Source: an uncultured Lachnospiraceae bacterium
Lineage (GTDB): Bacteria; Bacillota; Clostridia; Eubacteriales; Anaerofustaceae
Length of the DNA stretch: 64,000 nt
Direction: 5' to 3'
NCBI GenBank assembly: GCA_964444065.1
Contig: CAYUFL010000001.1
Span: forward strand, 15,015 to 79,014
Numbering within the stretch: the stretch's first letter is position 1; each line of letters starts with the position of its first letter. Position numbers and translations under genes: made by a program. Below are positions 36,101-46,544 of the stretch, piece by piece. The notes beneath the pieces are model-generated. The model did not search any database. It saw nothing but the letters and a program-made list of their open reading frames with translations, and was not told the DNA's origin.

Positions 36101-36889
36101 TTAGTCAATCACAGTAAATCCGTACGATTCAAAGATTTTCACAGCCGTTTTTGAAGTAAGAAAATCGAGAAAATCCTGCGCTGCATCCGCATTTGAACTC
36201 GAAGCAACAATCGCTCCCGGATAAATAATTTTGTCGCAGCTTCCATCCGGCGCTTCCGCGACTGCCGTGACTTTATCCGATGTCATTGCATCCGTCGCAT
36301 AAACGACACCGCAGTCCGCTTCCCCGTTTTCGACCCAGGTAAGTACCGTTCTGACATCGCTGCCGTAATTTGCCTTTGCAGACACTGCATCCCAAATTCC
36401 CAAAGAAGTAAAGACCTGTTTCGCGTACGACCCCGCAGGCACACTGCTTGGTTCGCCCAATCCGATAAGAGCAACCGCATCGGTATTGATATCGTCAAAC
36501 GAATCTATTTTTGCCGTACTGTCGGCAGGTACAATCAACACCACTTTGTTCTGAAGAAGTTCCGTATAGGTATCATTCAGAAGCAGTTTCTCACCCTGCA
36601 ACGTTTTCATCTGTTTCAGTGCGGCGGATAGAAACACATCGACATCCGCACCCTGCTCGATCTGCGTCTGCAGACTTCCGGATGAGGCAAACGTAAAGTT
36701 CAGCGTTACATTCGATTCTTTTTCTGCATATGCAGTCTGTATATCTGCCATCACATCCGTTAAGCTTGCGGCAGCGGCAATCGTCAATTCAACCGGTTCG
36801 CTTCCGGAAGAGGAACATCCTGCAACGCTCATACCGATCATCAATACAGCCGCAAACAATACGACCGATTTTTTCCAAAGTTTTTTCAT
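36101..36889 (-). CDS. modA: Molybdate-binding periplasmic lipoprotein
   Basis: 262 aa. Lipobox VAGCSS. ModA-like motifs (AAASL..., SSGSL, VFLSA). Only 24 nt downstream of nifV-alpha. Confidence 0.85.
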   Translation of the reverse strand: MKKLWKKSVVLFAAVLMIGMSVAGCSSSGSEPVELTIAAAASLTDVMADIQTAYAEKESNVTLNFTFASSGSLQTQIEQGADVDVFLSAALKQMKTLQGEKLLLNDTYTELLQNKVVLIVPADSTAKIDSFDDINTDAVALIGLGEPSSVPAGSYAKQVFTSLGIWDAVSAKANYGSDVRTVLTWVENGEADCGVVYATDAMTSDKVTAVAEAPDGSCDKIIYPGAIVASSSNADAAQDFLDFLTSKTAVKIFESYGFTVID

Positions 36890-36913
36890 CCTATTTCCCT
36901 CTCAATTTCATCA

Positions 36914-37744
36914 TTATTCCGTCAGCCAGTCATTTCTGTTATTCTCTGCAAACACGAGCGCCATCGCCTTTTCCTTTGTCTGCAAGAGTTGATTGCGCAA
37001 AGGGTGTATGCCGAATGACTCCCCAATGGCTTCGGATAATCTATATGAATCGCAGTTGCCTGCGCGTTCCCCGATTCCAAACAGCGTCGTATCCAAAGAT
37101 ACCGCTCCGTACTTTGCGGCGGCTGCTGCATTTGCCACAGCCAACCCGAGATCATTGTGTGTGTGAATACCGAAATTCATTTCACAATTCTGTGTTAAAA
37201 AAGTAAAATAATCCCGAATCATATCGGGCGTAAAAATACCGACCGTGTCGGCGAGACGGACAGTACAGACATCCAACCCCGACAACAGTTCGGACAATTC
37301 GAGCAAAAACCGCGGATCGGCACGTGAGGCATCCTGAAATCCGACGCTCACTTCATATCCTTTTCCTTTTGCAAAACCGACACAATCGGTTAATTCACCG
37401 CGCAGCCAGTTTCTGTCTTTATGGAGCAAATGCTCCAGCATCAAGTCCGAAGCAGGTGCGCTGAGGTGAATGATATCCGGCGCGCAATCAAAAGAATGCG
37501 CAATATCGGTTCGGTTCATCCGATTCCATACAGATATCTTCCTGCTTTTTTTTCGTTCGCATATCTGAGCAATCATATCTTTTTCATCGCTGCCCATGGC
37601 GGGAATGCCTGCTTCGATAACGGGAAATCCGGATTCAACAAGCAAATCTGCAATCTGCAATCTGATTTTGGAAGAAAATGCAATATCCGGGCTTTGCTCC
37701 CCATCGCGCAGCGTTGTATCTGTCAGTACAATCCGCGGTTTCAT
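36914..37744 (-). CDS. nifV: Homocitrate synthase catalytic (HMGL-like barrel) subunit, NifV-alpha-like
   Basis: 276 aa. DTTLRDGEQ at the N-terminus and HTHNDLGLAVANAAAA...GIGERAGN metal-site motifs. Confidence 0.75.
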   Translation of the reverse strand: MKPRIVLTDTTLRDGEQSPDIAFSSKIRLQIADLLVESGFPVIEAGIPAMGSDEKDMIAQICERKKSRKISVWNRMNRTDIAHSFDCAPDIIHLSAPASDLMLEHLLHKDRNWLRGELTDCVGFAKGKGYEVSVGFQDASRADPRFLLELSELLSGLDVCTVRLADTVGIFTPDMIRDYFTFLTQNCEMNFGIHTHNDLGLAVANAAAAAKYGAVSLDTTLFGIGERAGNCDSYRLSEAIGESFGIHPLRNQLLQTKEKAMALVFAENNRNDWLTE

Positions 37745-38700
37745 CCTGTCCGCTCTCCTCTGATTTTTAAATACAGATCAACAATATCCGATTCTTCCGG
37801 ATTCCGTTTTCCGTTTCGGGCAAAGCTGCGCATTTGACGCATCAGTTCGGCACGCTCGGTTTCTGTTGCCAGTATACCGTAACGTTCCAAAATTTGTGCC
37901 AGCGTTGTCGGACTTGTATGCGTACCGATGAGCACTTTGCGCTGCGATCCGACTTTGTCGGGTGAAAAAGGTTCAAAACAAGAGGTATATTTTTGTATGC
38001 CGTTGACATGCATACCTGATTCCACAAAAAAGATATGTTCTCCCAGCACCGCTTTATGCGGTGAAATCGGCACCCGTGTCTCGTTTTCAATCTGCCGGGC
38101 AATCGACTGCACCAGACGCATGTCAACAGTCTTGGGAAGCAAACCGTGTACATACATCGTTGCCAGAAGTTCTTCCGTCGGCGCATACCCTCCGAGCCCC
38201 AAAAAGGCGGATAATACATTTTTGCCGCCCGCAACCATCCATTCATATGCCAATGCGCCTGCGAAAATGCCGGATTCATGCGAATCAAGACATATCTCTT
38301 CTTTGTACGAGCGGGTATATTCTTGGAATACAGTTGGATAATCCGTAAAAAACGTATCGGCATCAGACGAAATGATTTTGATGTCACCGCACTCTTTTTC
38401 CCGCTTTTGTTTCTGCCACTCCGCATAAGAAAGTCCGCAAAAGCAGGACTCGTCAGCAACAGTATCAAACGATGCATCCGCATCAAAGAGATTCTTCAGT
38501 TTTGCCGCTCCGCCTCTTGCGGTATAAGGCATTAAAATGCGGCAGCGTTTTTCAAACCCATTCAGACATTCCGCTATTTTCGGGGTCACCAAAAGAGATT
38601 CCACACCAAGTTCGACCAGAGCATGTGCCAACCTCCGTATTTCGGACACATCGATGAGTTCGGCATCCAGATAACACAATGTTGCATCGATCAGATACAT
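37741..38700 (-). CDS. nifV: Second homocitrate-synthase-related subunit, NifV-omega-like (split nifV)
   Basis: 319 aa. Degenerate barrel start (IDATLCYLD instead of DTTLRDGEQ). VESGMHVNGIQK...GTHTS resembles the post-barrel segment of NifV/LeuA. ATGA overlap with the downstream nifV-alpha. Confidence 0.6.
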   Translation of the reverse strand: MYLIDATLCYLDAELIDVSEIRRLAHALVELGVESLLVTPKIAECLNGFEKRCRILMPYTARGGAAKLKNLFDADASFDTVADESCFCGLSYAEWQKQKREKECGDIKIISSDADTFFTDYPTVFQEYTRSYKEEICLDSHESGIFAGALAYEWMVAGGKNVLSAFLGLGGYAPTEELLATMYVHGLLPKTVDMRLVQSIARQIENETRVPISPHKAVLGEHIFFVESGMHVNGIQKYTSCFEPFSPDKVGSQRKVLIGTHTSPTTLAQILERYGILATETERAELMRQMRSFARNGKRNPEESDIVDLYLKIRGERTG

Positions 38701-38800
38701 ATTGCCTCCTTACGCATGATACGCAATGCGGCGTCGGAATCAGAATCAAGCGCATCCGACGCCGCCGTTATTGGCATTCAATTCGAATCATTGCCGTATG

Positions 38801-39109
38801 TCAGATTTCCAGTTCGACCACTTTATTGCCGCCTTCAAAGTGTTCCGTCACAATACGGGTAATGGCATCGTTATTCAGATTCCCGTACCAGGTGCCTTCC
38901 GGATACACCACCATAATCGGTCCTTTATCGCAAATACCAAAGCAACCGGTATTCGTAACCATCACATCGGAGGACAGATCATTTTCGTCGATTTCCTCCA
39001 TCAGCTGACCGATCAGATCCACACTGCCTTTTGAATGGCAGAATCCTTTCTGTACGCCGTTGGCTCTGCAGCTTGTGCAGAGAAATACATGGTATTTCGG
39101 TGCTATCAT
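38801..39109 (-). CDS. Thioredoxin-like [2Fe-2S] ferredoxin
   Basis: 102 aa. CTSCRANG...CFGICDKGPIMVVYPEGTWYG motif. ATGA overlap with nifN-B. Confidence 0.8.
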   Translation of the reverse strand: MIAPKYHVFLCTSCRANGVQKGFCHSKGSVDLIGQLMEEIDENDLSSDVMVTNTGCFGICDKGPIMVVYPEGTWYGNLNNDAITRIVTEHFEGGNKVVELEI

Positions 39110-41784
39110 AATACAGTTTCCTTTCCGTTTTCCATTTTTAATTCTTCAATTGCCTGTGCCACCGCTTCTTCGATACGTCCGTAACTCATTAAAGTGTGAA
39201 TACCTTTTGCCGTCAGTTTTTCTTTCGGAGACTCTCCGACGCGGATTGCAATGACGCACGCGCAGTCATCGATGATCTCCAGTATTTTTTCCATTTTGCC
39301 TTCCTGTTTGCCGCCGCCTTTTCCGTCACAAAACTCTGCACCGTCACAAAAACGATTCACACTGCGGCGTTCTTTGAATTTCGTTTTACCGTCACGATAT
39401 TCGTAAATATAAAAATCCGATGCCTGCCCGAAATGCTGATCGACCATCACACCGCCTTTGGATGCCACAGCAACCAGAATCGGTGCATGGGTTTCTTCAA
39501 AAACTTGCGGCTCCGCCGCTGCGGCTTTTGTTCCAAGACAGTCATTGTATTTGTACGATTCGTCATTGTCCAATGTTCCGACAGCGTCCGCACGGCACTG
39601 TCTGCAGTGATACATCTGATTCAGTATCACGCCGCACTCTTTGCGCATCTGTGTTACTTCCTTCAGGCTGGTCAGCGGCATATGTTCAAAGGCGCTGCCC
39701 TCCACAGGAATCATCTGCATAATGTTCGTAATTTCGCAGCCGAGCGATTTCACTTTCTGTACGACTTTCGGAATATGCTCCTCATTGATGCCTTTGAGCA
39801 TGACGATATTCACTTTGCAGATCACACCGCCTTCCGCGAGCATTTTCAGCCCAGCCAACTGGTTGGAAAGCAGAATTGCAGCCGCTGTTTCTCCGGTATA
39901 GGTTTCGCCCATATAACTGATATGGTGATATATTTTCGCTCCGATTGCCGGATCCACTGCATTAATCGTAATTGTCACATGAGAAACGCCGAGTGCAATC
40001 AGATCGTGTGCATACTGCGGAAGCAGCAATCCGTTTGTCGATAAACAGAATGTAACATCCGGATCTTTTTCTCGGATCAGCTGCAACGTTTCTTTTGTCT
40101 TTTCGAATTCCGCCAAAGCATCTCCGGGACCCGCTATGCCGACTACACTCAGATTCGGCATTTTTTCTTTGATATGCAAATACTTCTCGCAGGCTTCCTG
40201 AGGATTGAGTACCTGCGTTGTGACACCCGGACGGCTTTCATTCGGACAATCGAATTTTCGCACACAGTAATTACACTGAATATTGCACTTCGGCGCGATC
40301 GGCAGATGCATGCGCGCATTGCCGGTTCCGCACCCGTTAAAGCAGGGGTGTGTTTCGCTTTTTGCCGCGTTTCGATCACGGATGCTTTCCGCCGTATGCA
40401 GGACGGGTTCGGGCTTGTCACGGTAATATTTATCATATAGTTCGCTTCGGAAACTATGCTCGATCCCGCTCAGAATCGCATTGGTAATCCGATCGAGCAG
40501 TTCCAGCGAACCGTCGTAAAATAACGTCCGTATGCGTTGTCCTCCCACGTGGTCATGAATCGGAAATGCACTTCGGATCAGCGGAATATGCAGTTTTTCT
40601 TCAATACGTCTGCCATCGGAATTGCCGATCATCACATTTGCTTCGTGGCTCACCGCATATGCTTCGATTTTGTCAAAGTCGATATCGTCTGCAATCACGA
40701 CCTTGTCGATATACCAGTTGCCGGCTACCGTTTTGATTTCTCCTTGAAGCGCTGTCTTTAAGGCTTCGCATTTCGCTCCCGTTGCGGCGACCACCGGGAT
40801 CAGTCCGTTTTCCAAACACAGACGCGAAACCGCGTACACAAAATCGGGTTCGCCGAATACGACTGATCTTCCCTGCGCATTGTATTTATGAGAATCAACC
40901 ATCGCATCCAGATATCTGCCGCGCTGTGCTTTGAGCGAATCGGGCAGTATCGCTCCGTTCTCGCTCAGTATTTTGATCAGCGCATCCGTCGCACGCAGTC
41001 CGATGGGAAGTGCGCAACGCACATAAGGCACCCCGTACGTATCGGACAGATATTTTGCGGGAGAAGCAGTTTCGCTGACAAATGAGGTGAGTTCGATGCT
41101 CAGCCGTGATCCTGCCATCATAGCGATATCTTCTATGGATGTCCCGCCTTCCGGCAGACGCTGATAGACGTCCCGATGCACACCGTCCAGATTGTCCGAC
41201 AGATCAGGCAGAAGAATATATTCCAGTCCGAACGAATCCAGCATTTGCTTGAGTGCTCTCGTATCGGCAGGGCTGATCATCCCCGTAATAATATTGATTT
41301 TGTTGTGTTTCTCTGTTTTCATTTCAGTGAAAGTGACGATTGCCTTAAGTGCGGCAAAGAAACCTTCGTATTGTGTTCCCGAATATCCGGAAGACGATAC
41401 CGGAATAATTTTCACATTCAGTTCGGGATGCATCTCATAAAAGTCTCGGATCATGCGGGGAATATCCTCCCCGATCGTTTCCGCAAGACAGGTCGTCGCA
41501 ACGCCGATTACTTCGGGATGATAGAGCGCAATCAGATTTTCCAAACCCTTCATAAGGTTTTTTTCGCCGCCGAACACCGTGCCTTCTTCCGTCAGAGAGG
41601 AGGAGGCGATATCAACCGGCTCGTTATAATGTGTCGCCATGTGTCTGCGGATATAAGTACTGCAACCCTGCGAACCATGCAGGAGTGTCATGCAGCCTTT
41701 AATCCCGTAAAATGCGCTCACACTGCCCATCGGCATACACATTTTGCAGGGATTCACATTCAGGTTGACTAAATTCATGCTCAT
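39106..41784 (-). CDS. nifN-B: Fused NifN-NifB (with C-terminal NifX-like domain) FeMo-cofactor biosynthesis protein
   Basis: ORF to 41910. ATG 41784 follows GGAGG. The N-terminal half is NifN-like (NPCKMCMPMGSV...). The middle has radical SAM CNIQCNYC. The C-terminus has the NifX/NifB-C pattern VAVASKGGVMVDQHFGQASDFYIYE. Confidence 0.9.
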   Translation of the reverse strand: MSMNLVNLNVNPCKMCMPMGSVSAFYGIKGCMTLLHGSQGCSTYIRRHMATHYNEPVDIASSSLTEEGTVFGGEKNLMKGLENLIALYHPEVIGVATTCLAETIGEDIPRMIRDFYEMHPELNVKIIPVSSSGYSGTQYEGFFAALKAIVTFTEMKTEKHNKINIITGMISPADTRALKQMLDSFGLEYILLPDLSDNLDGVHRDVYQRLPEGGTSIEDIAMMAGSRLSIELTSFVSETASPAKYLSDTYGVPYVRCALPIGLRATDALIKILSENGAILPDSLKAQRGRYLDAMVDSHKYNAQGRSVVFGEPDFVYAVSRLCLENGLIPVVAATGAKCEALKTALQGEIKTVAGNWYIDKVVIADDIDFDKIEAYAVSHEANVMIGNSDGRRIEEKLHIPLIRSAFPIHDHVGGQRIRTLFYDGSLELLDRITNAILSGIEHSFRSELYDKYYRDKPEPVLHTAESIRDRNAAKSETHPCFNGCGTGNARMHLPIAPKCNIQCNYCVRKFDCPNESRPGVTTQVLNPQEACEKYLHIKEKMPNLSVVGIAGPGDALAEFEKTKETLQLIREKDPDVTFCLSTNGLLLPQYAHDLIALGVSHVTITINAVDPAIGAKIYHHISYMGETYTGETAAAILLSNQLAGLKMLAEGGVICKVNIVMLKGINEEHIPKVVQKVKSLGCEITNIMQMIPVEGSAFEHMPLTSLKEVTQMRKECGVILNQMYHCRQCRADAVGTLDNDESYKYNDCLGTKAAAAEPQVFEETHAPILVAVASKGGVMVDQHFGQASDFYIYEYRDGKTKFKERRSVNRFCDGAEFCDGKGGGKQEGKMEKILEIIDDCACVIAIRVGESPKEKLTAKGIHTLMSYGRIEEAVAQAIEELKMENGKETVL

Positions 41785-41794
41785 GACAGACCTC

Positions 41795-43141
41795 CTAGAA
41801 TTCGGGCGGCGTATTCGCATACTGCCACACCGGGCTGTTGATTGACTGGTTGACTTCATTTGTAAAATTGACGACGCCTTCATATCCGGCAAGCGCATGT
41901 TTTCTCTCATGGTTGTGATCGCAAAATGCGATGCCCAGCTTATATGCCAGCGGACGTTCTTTCACGCCTCCGACCAGAATATCCGCTCCTTTTTCTTTCA
42001 TAAACAGTTCCAGTTCCGCAGGGTTCGCGTCATCCAGAACGATCGTGTCTTGATCCACAAGCTGACTGATGACTTCGTAATCGTCGGGTTTGCCTGTCTG
42101 TGTTCCGACGACCACGGTCTGTATGCCCATTGAGTTAAACTGACGGATCAGAGAAATTGCTTTGAATCCGCCGCCGACGTAAATTGCCGCTTTTTTACCT
42201 GCCAGATTTTCGTAATGCGTTTGCGTAAAAGGTTTCAGCAGTTCTTCCTGCTCGGATGTAAATACCTTTGCCTTTCGTATGCTTTCTTCGTCTCCGACTG
42301 CTTCCGCCACCCTCATCAGGGAGGCCGATGTGTCTTCGATACCGAAAAAGCTGACTTTAATAAACGGAATCCCCATTTCTTCTTCCATGCGCTTGGCAAG
42401 GTAGGTCATGGAGCCTGCACACTGCACAAGATTGAGCTGTGCACCCGGTGCTTTGCTGATGCTCTCGTAGCTCGCATCTCCCGTAATTGTGGAGACAACG
42501 TCCACTCCGATTTTCTTCAGATAATTTTTGATAATCCACATTTCTCCCGCAAGATTAAAATCCCCGAGGATGTTAACCCCGTGTTTTTTCGCCTGCGTTA
42601 TATGCGGGGTAATGAGGGACATAATCGCGTTGCATGCCATACGATATCCATATGACTTGTTTCCCGAAAACCCGGGAGATTTAACCGGAATGACGCGTAC
42701 GCCGTATTTCTGCTCTGCGGCTTTGCAAACCGCTTCGACATCATCGCCGATAACGCCCACAATGCAGGTCGCATAGACAAAAATGACTTTCGGTTCATGT
42801 TTTTCCATCAATTCGTCAATGGCAGCAATCAGTTTTTTTTCTCCGCCGAACACCACATCCTGTTCGCTCAGATCAGTCGAAAAACTGTTGCGGTACAAAT
42901 CGCTTCCGCTGGAAAGACTTCCTCGGATGTCCCAGGTATAACTGGCACATCCGATTGGTCCGTGCACGATATGGAAGGCATCCGTAATCGGATTGAGCAC
43001 GACACGCGCGCCGCAATAGACGCACGCTCTTTGGCTGATCGCTCCGGAAAGACTGTCGCTGTCGCACTGAATGCTGGAACAACCGCCGTTTCCTGTTTGT
43101 ATAAATTTCTTTCTTTCTTCCAAAATTCTGTCATCGCTCAT
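41795..43141 (-). CDS. nifE: Nitrogenase FeMo-cofactor scaffold protein NifE
   Basis: 448 aa. CVYCGARVVLNPITDAFHIVHGPIGC and overall NifE/NifD-like pattern. Position between nifK and nifN. Confidence 0.9.
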   Translation of the reverse strand: MSDDRILEERKKFIQTGNGGCSSIQCDSDSLSGAISQRACVYCGARVVLNPITDAFHIVHGPIGCASYTWDIRGSLSSGSDLYRNSFSTDLSEQDVVFGGEKKLIAAIDELMEKHEPKVIFVYATCIVGVIGDDVEAVCKAAEQKYGVRVIPVKSPGFSGNKSYGYRMACNAIMSLITPHITQAKKHGVNILGDFNLAGEMWIIKNYLKKIGVDVVSTITGDASYESISKAPGAQLNLVQCAGSMTYLAKRMEEEMGIPFIKVSFFGIEDTSASLMRVAEAVGDEESIRKAKVFTSEQEELLKPFTQTHYENLAGKKAAIYVGGGFKAISLIRQFNSMGIQTVVVGTQTGKPDDYEVISQLVDQDTIVLDDANPAELELFMKEKGADILVGGVKERPLAYKLGIAFCDHNHERKHALAGYEGVVNFTNEVNQSINSPVWQYANTPPEF

Positions 43142-43179
43142 TGGCTGCCTCCCTCGGCACTGAAATTAATATTGTTGCA

Positions 43180-44544
43180 TTACATGACGAGATCCATGTC
43201 TTCGTCGGCACACATCCTGTCTTTGTGATCCAGCAGCGCATCGGTGATTTTTTCTACCATGCGCAACGCACCTTTGTATCCCACAATCGGGAAATAAGAA
43301 TGCGCATATCTGTCAAGTACGGGAAAGCCAGCACGAACGAAAGGAATGTCCTCCGCCTTCGCGATCTGTTTTCCGTAGCTGGTACCGATCAGCAGATCGA
43401 CCGGGCTGTTTTTAATCCACTGATGAAGTTCAAACAAGTCCGCAGCCGCTTTCGCTTCACAGTCTTTAACGCCGAATTTTTCGAACAACGCATTTGCGCT
43501 GCGCGTGAAGGCTTCACCCGGCGTACCGGTAATCACATATTTCGGGATCATGCCCATTTCCAGTACAAGATTCGTCAAACCGAGTACGGTATCGGGATCG
43601 CCGAAGATTGCGCATGTTTTCGCGAAATAGTAGAAATGCGCATCCAACATCACATCCACAAGCTGCCCCCGCTCCTCTTCGAGTGCCGCAGGAACCACCG
43701 TCTGGTTGATTTTCGAAAGTTCCATAACAAACTGGTCGGTCGCTTCGATACCGATCGGCAGAGGAAGCATTTCATAAGGCACTTTACATTTTCTCTGCAG
43801 CATATTTGCGGGCTCCAAGCTGGTCAAAAGACCCATCGCCAACACTTTTTCGCAGTCGCCCAGAGAAATGATTTCGTCCTGCGTCGTACCGCCCTTCGGA
43901 TACATTTCGTATGTACCTGTCATCGGGGCATCCATCACACCGCTCTGATCCGGGAACATGATATAGGGCACGCCCATCAGTTCGGTGATTTTTTTGATCT
44001 CACGAATATCGCCGGGGTTGACAAATCCGGGGAAAATTCCGATTTTTCCGTTACTTTCTCCGCTTTTTTGAGACAGGTAGTTGATAAACCCGCTCATCAT
44101 GTTGTAAAATCCTGTAATATGGGAGCCCACATAACTCGGTGTATTACAGTGAACTACCGTTTTCCCCTCAGGAAGATCCATATCAAGAATGTAACTGCCG
44201 ACGTCATCTCCGATCGTTTCGCTCAAACAGGTCGTATGTACGGCAATCATTTCGGGATCATAAATCTCGAATACATTTTTGACACCGGTTTTCAGATTGC
44301 TGCCGCCGCCGAATACCGACGCGCCTTCTGTGAAGGAACTGGTCGATGCGATTGCGGGCTCCTTAAAATGTCTGGACAAAAATGTGCGGTGATACGATAC
44401 ACACCCCTGTGAACCATGGCTGTGCGGCATACAGGAATGCACGCCCAAAGCGCAATACATTGCCCCGACCGGCTGACAAGTCTTGCAGGGATTGATTCTG
44501 AGTGCGGTTCGCTCCGCGATTTCTTTTGGTGTCAGTTCTAACAT
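43180..44544 (-). CDS. nifK: Mo-nitrogenase MoFe protein beta chain
   Basis: 454 aa. NPCKTCQPVGAMYCALGVHSCMPHSHGSQGC P-cluster ligand region. Directly abuts the nifD stop. Confidence 0.9.
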   Translation of the reverse strand: MLELTPKEIAERTALRINPCKTCQPVGAMYCALGVHSCMPHSHGSQGCVSYHRTFLSRHFKEPAIASTSSFTEGASVFGGGSNLKTGVKNVFEIYDPEMIAVHTTCLSETIGDDVGSYILDMDLPEGKTVVHCNTPSYVGSHITGFYNMMSGFINYLSQKSGESNGKIGIFPGFVNPGDIREIKKITELMGVPYIMFPDQSGVMDAPMTGTYEMYPKGGTTQDEIISLGDCEKVLAMGLLTSLEPANMLQRKCKVPYEMLPLPIGIEATDQFVMELSKINQTVVPAALEEERGQLVDVMLDAHFYYFAKTCAIFGDPDTVLGLTNLVLEMGMIPKYVITGTPGEAFTRSANALFEKFGVKDCEAKAAADLFELHQWIKNSPVDLLIGTSYGKQIAKAEDIPFVRAGFPVLDRYAHSYFPIVGYKGALRMVEKITDALLDHKDRMCADEDMDLVM

Positions 44545-46137
44545 TTATGCCTCACCTCCTGCCAGTGTTGCGGTTAAGGTTGATTTTGTTTTCCATGGCG
44601 GCATAACAAACTGCCATACCGGTGTGTAAAGACCCATCGTAATATCTCTGGCAAAATTCATTGCCCCGTTGAATCCCGAATACGGTCCGCTGTAATCGTA
44701 AGAATGCAGCTGCTTGGATACCGTATTTGTTTTTTGGATCGAATATTTGTCTTTTATGCCGGAGAAGAAAAGATCCGGTTTCAGCAGTCGAATGAACTCG
44801 TCCGTTTCAAACTGGTTCAAATCGTCCACAATGATACTACCCGTCTTCATGTCATGAATCATCCCTCGGTAGTATTCGAGCGGAATCTTGTCTTTGAGTT
44901 CTTCGTAGCGCTCCGGACTGAGGAATACTTTGTATTTTTTCGGGTCCGCTTCCACTGTCATGCTTTCAATGTTTTTATTGTCGGCATCTTCCTTGATGTT
45001 CGGAATCACATCCCGTCCTTCGTAGTCATCTCTGTGGGCAAATTCGTACCCGGCAAGCACTGTTGTTACACCGAAATCTTCAAGCAGTGTCTGATAGTGA
45101 TGTGCGCGCGATCCGCCGACATAAAGAGCCGCCGTTTTGCCTTCGAGTTTTTCTCTGAAATATACTCTTGCTTCCGCAATTGCCGCCAGTTCGTCTGCGA
45201 TCACTTCTTCGGTTCTGGCAGACAGTTCGGCATCTCCGAAAAATTCAGCCATATCCCGAAGCGTCTGAATCGTTGATTCAATACCGATGAAGTTGACTTT
45301 CAGCCAGTTGATGCCGTATTTCACATGCATCATTTCTGCGATGTAGTTGATCGAACGATGGCACATCACCAGGTTCAAATCGGCAGTGTGCGCATTTTTC
45401 AGCGTTTCATAGCTCCCGTCGCCGGTAAACACAGCCACCACTTCGTACCCGATGCGTTTGAGCAGACGTTCCGTTTCCCATCCGTCACCCCCGATATTGT
45501 ATTCGCCGAGAATATTGACTTTGAAATTTTTGCTTGCCGGCATATCCCCCGTTCCGATGACATGTCTCATCAGTCCGTTATTTGCGATATGGTGTCCGCC
45601 GCTTTGGCTGACGCCTTTGTACCCTTCGCAGCTGAATGCCACACAGGTAATGCCGTATTTCTTTTCCGCTTCCGACGCGATTGCGTGAATATCATCCCCG
45701 ATCAGACCCACGGGACAGGTTGAGCAGATTAAAATACACTTGGGGTTGAACAGTTCCATCGCTTCTTCAATCGCTTTTCGCAGCTTTTTTTCGCCCCCGA
45801 ACACAATATCGGGCTCTTGCAGATCGGTCGAAAAACAGTACTGAATAAAGTTTTCTCCGCTGTCGGTCTTCGCTTTGTTGCGTCTCGTTCCCCATGAATA
45901 ATATCCGCATCCGATCGGTCCGTGTGTCAGTGTCAGCACATCTTTCAGAGGTCCCAGCACAACGCCCTTGCATCCTGCGTAGCAGCAGCCGCGGTTCGTC
46001 ATGATCCCGGGTATGGTACGGGTATTGGCTGAGATCTGCAGTTCGTCGGCGCCGTCTTCGACTTGTATGATATGTTCTTTTCTGTTTTTATATACTTTCG
46101 CTGCGTACTGATCCAGTACTTTATCGCGTTCTTTCAT
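44545..46137 (-). CDS. nifD: Mo-nitrogenase MoFe protein alpha chain
   Basis: 530 aa. CYAGCKGVVLGPLKDVLTLTHGPIGCGYYSW, and CHRSINY (FeMoco Cys region). No G (delta) subunit gene between D and K. Confidence 0.95.
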   Translation of the reverse strand: MKERDKVLDQYAAKVYKNRKEHIIQVEDGADELQISANTRTIPGIMTNRGCCYAGCKGVVLGPLKDVLTLTHGPIGCGYYSWGTRRNKAKTDSGENFIQYCFSTDLQEPDIVFGGEKKLRKAIEEAMELFNPKCILICSTCPVGLIGDDIHAIASEAEKKYGITCVAFSCEGYKGVSQSGGHHIANNGLMRHVIGTGDMPASKNFKVNILGEYNIGGDGWETERLLKRIGYEVVAVFTGDGSYETLKNAHTADLNLVMCHRSINYIAEMMHVKYGINWLKVNFIGIESTIQTLRDMAEFFGDAELSARTEEVIADELAAIAEARVYFREKLEGKTAALYVGGSRAHHYQTLLEDFGVTTVLAGYEFAHRDDYEGRDVIPNIKEDADNKNIESMTVEADPKKYKVFLSPERYEELKDKIPLEYYRGMIHDMKTGSIIVDDLNQFETDEFIRLLKPDLFFSGIKDKYSIQKTNTVSKQLHSYDYSGPYSGFNGAMNFARDITMGLYTPVWQFVMPPWKTKSTLTATLAGGEA

Positions 46138-46156
46138 TTGGTATTCGCCTCCTTCG

Positions 46157-46531
46157 CTACAGAATCGTTTCGCCGGTTCTGACTTGATACGTTTCCGTTA
46201 CCGGCAGCACGAATATTTTTCCGTCGCCGGGGTTGCCTGTCTGATTTGCATGAATGATTGTTTTCACGACAGTGTCCGCATCTTTGTCTTCCACAACGAT
46301 CGTAAAGAATCGTTTCGGTATGAGTCTTGCGCCTTCCGTCATCGACTCGCCTACGTTGGAGACGGGAAGTTCACCCGTTTCCATTACGAGTTTGAGCAAA
46401 TCGGCATTCAGCCCTTTCTTTCCTCTGCCCATGCACGGTCTGCATACGAAAGCGGGAAAGCCTGCTTTGGCAAGCGCTTCTTTTGTTGTGTTCACTTTAT
46501 TGACTCGGATAAAAGCCATTACTTCTTTCAT
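46157..46531 (-). CDS. nifI2: PII-like nitrogenase regulator NifI2
   Basis: ORF to 46645. ATG 46531 follows GGAGGAGG. 124 aa, GlnB-like (MKEVMAFIRVNKV...GDGKIFVLPV). Confidence 0.85.
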   Translation of the reverse strand: MKEVMAFIRVNKVNTTKEALAKAGFPAFVCRPCMGRGKKGLNADLLKLVMETGELPVSNVGESMTEGARLIPKRFFTIVVEDKDADTVVKTIIHANQTGNPGDGKIFVLPVTETYQVRTGETIL

Positions 46532-46544
46532 GGTTTCCTCCTCC

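Noticed and set aside
41785-41910. N-terminal extensions of tracked ORFs: nifN-B to 41910, nifI2 to 46645, the AnfO-like gene to 49758, Ldh_2 to 52336, the MCPs to 56389 and 58452, the CpXC gene to 30985, the GCL gene to 15533, and the AOS gene to 26621.
   Set aside because: In each case an internal ATG is preceded by a good GGAGG-type SD and coincides with the start of family homology. The extensions overlap upstream genes or intergenic hairpins and look non-coding.
43141-44412. Long antisense ORFs opposite conserved genes: 423 aa opposite nifK, 282 aa at 39196-40044 opposite nifN-B, 269 aa at 27550-28359 opposite aldehyde dehydrogenase, 246 aa at 2029-2769, 225 aa at 13201-13878, and 250 aa at 14577-15329.
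   Set aside because: These are shadow ORFs on the complementary strand of genes with strong family signatures. Their translations are low-complexity or R/H/F-rich, with no recognisable motifs and no SD sequences.
44545-46137. An alternative (V- or Fe-only) nitrogenase, prompted by the AnfO-like neighbour.
   Set aside because: No G/delta subunit gene lies between the D and K genes (they abut directly). The nifE/nifN-B/nifV and modABC genes are present, so a Mo-type enzyme is the parsimonious call.
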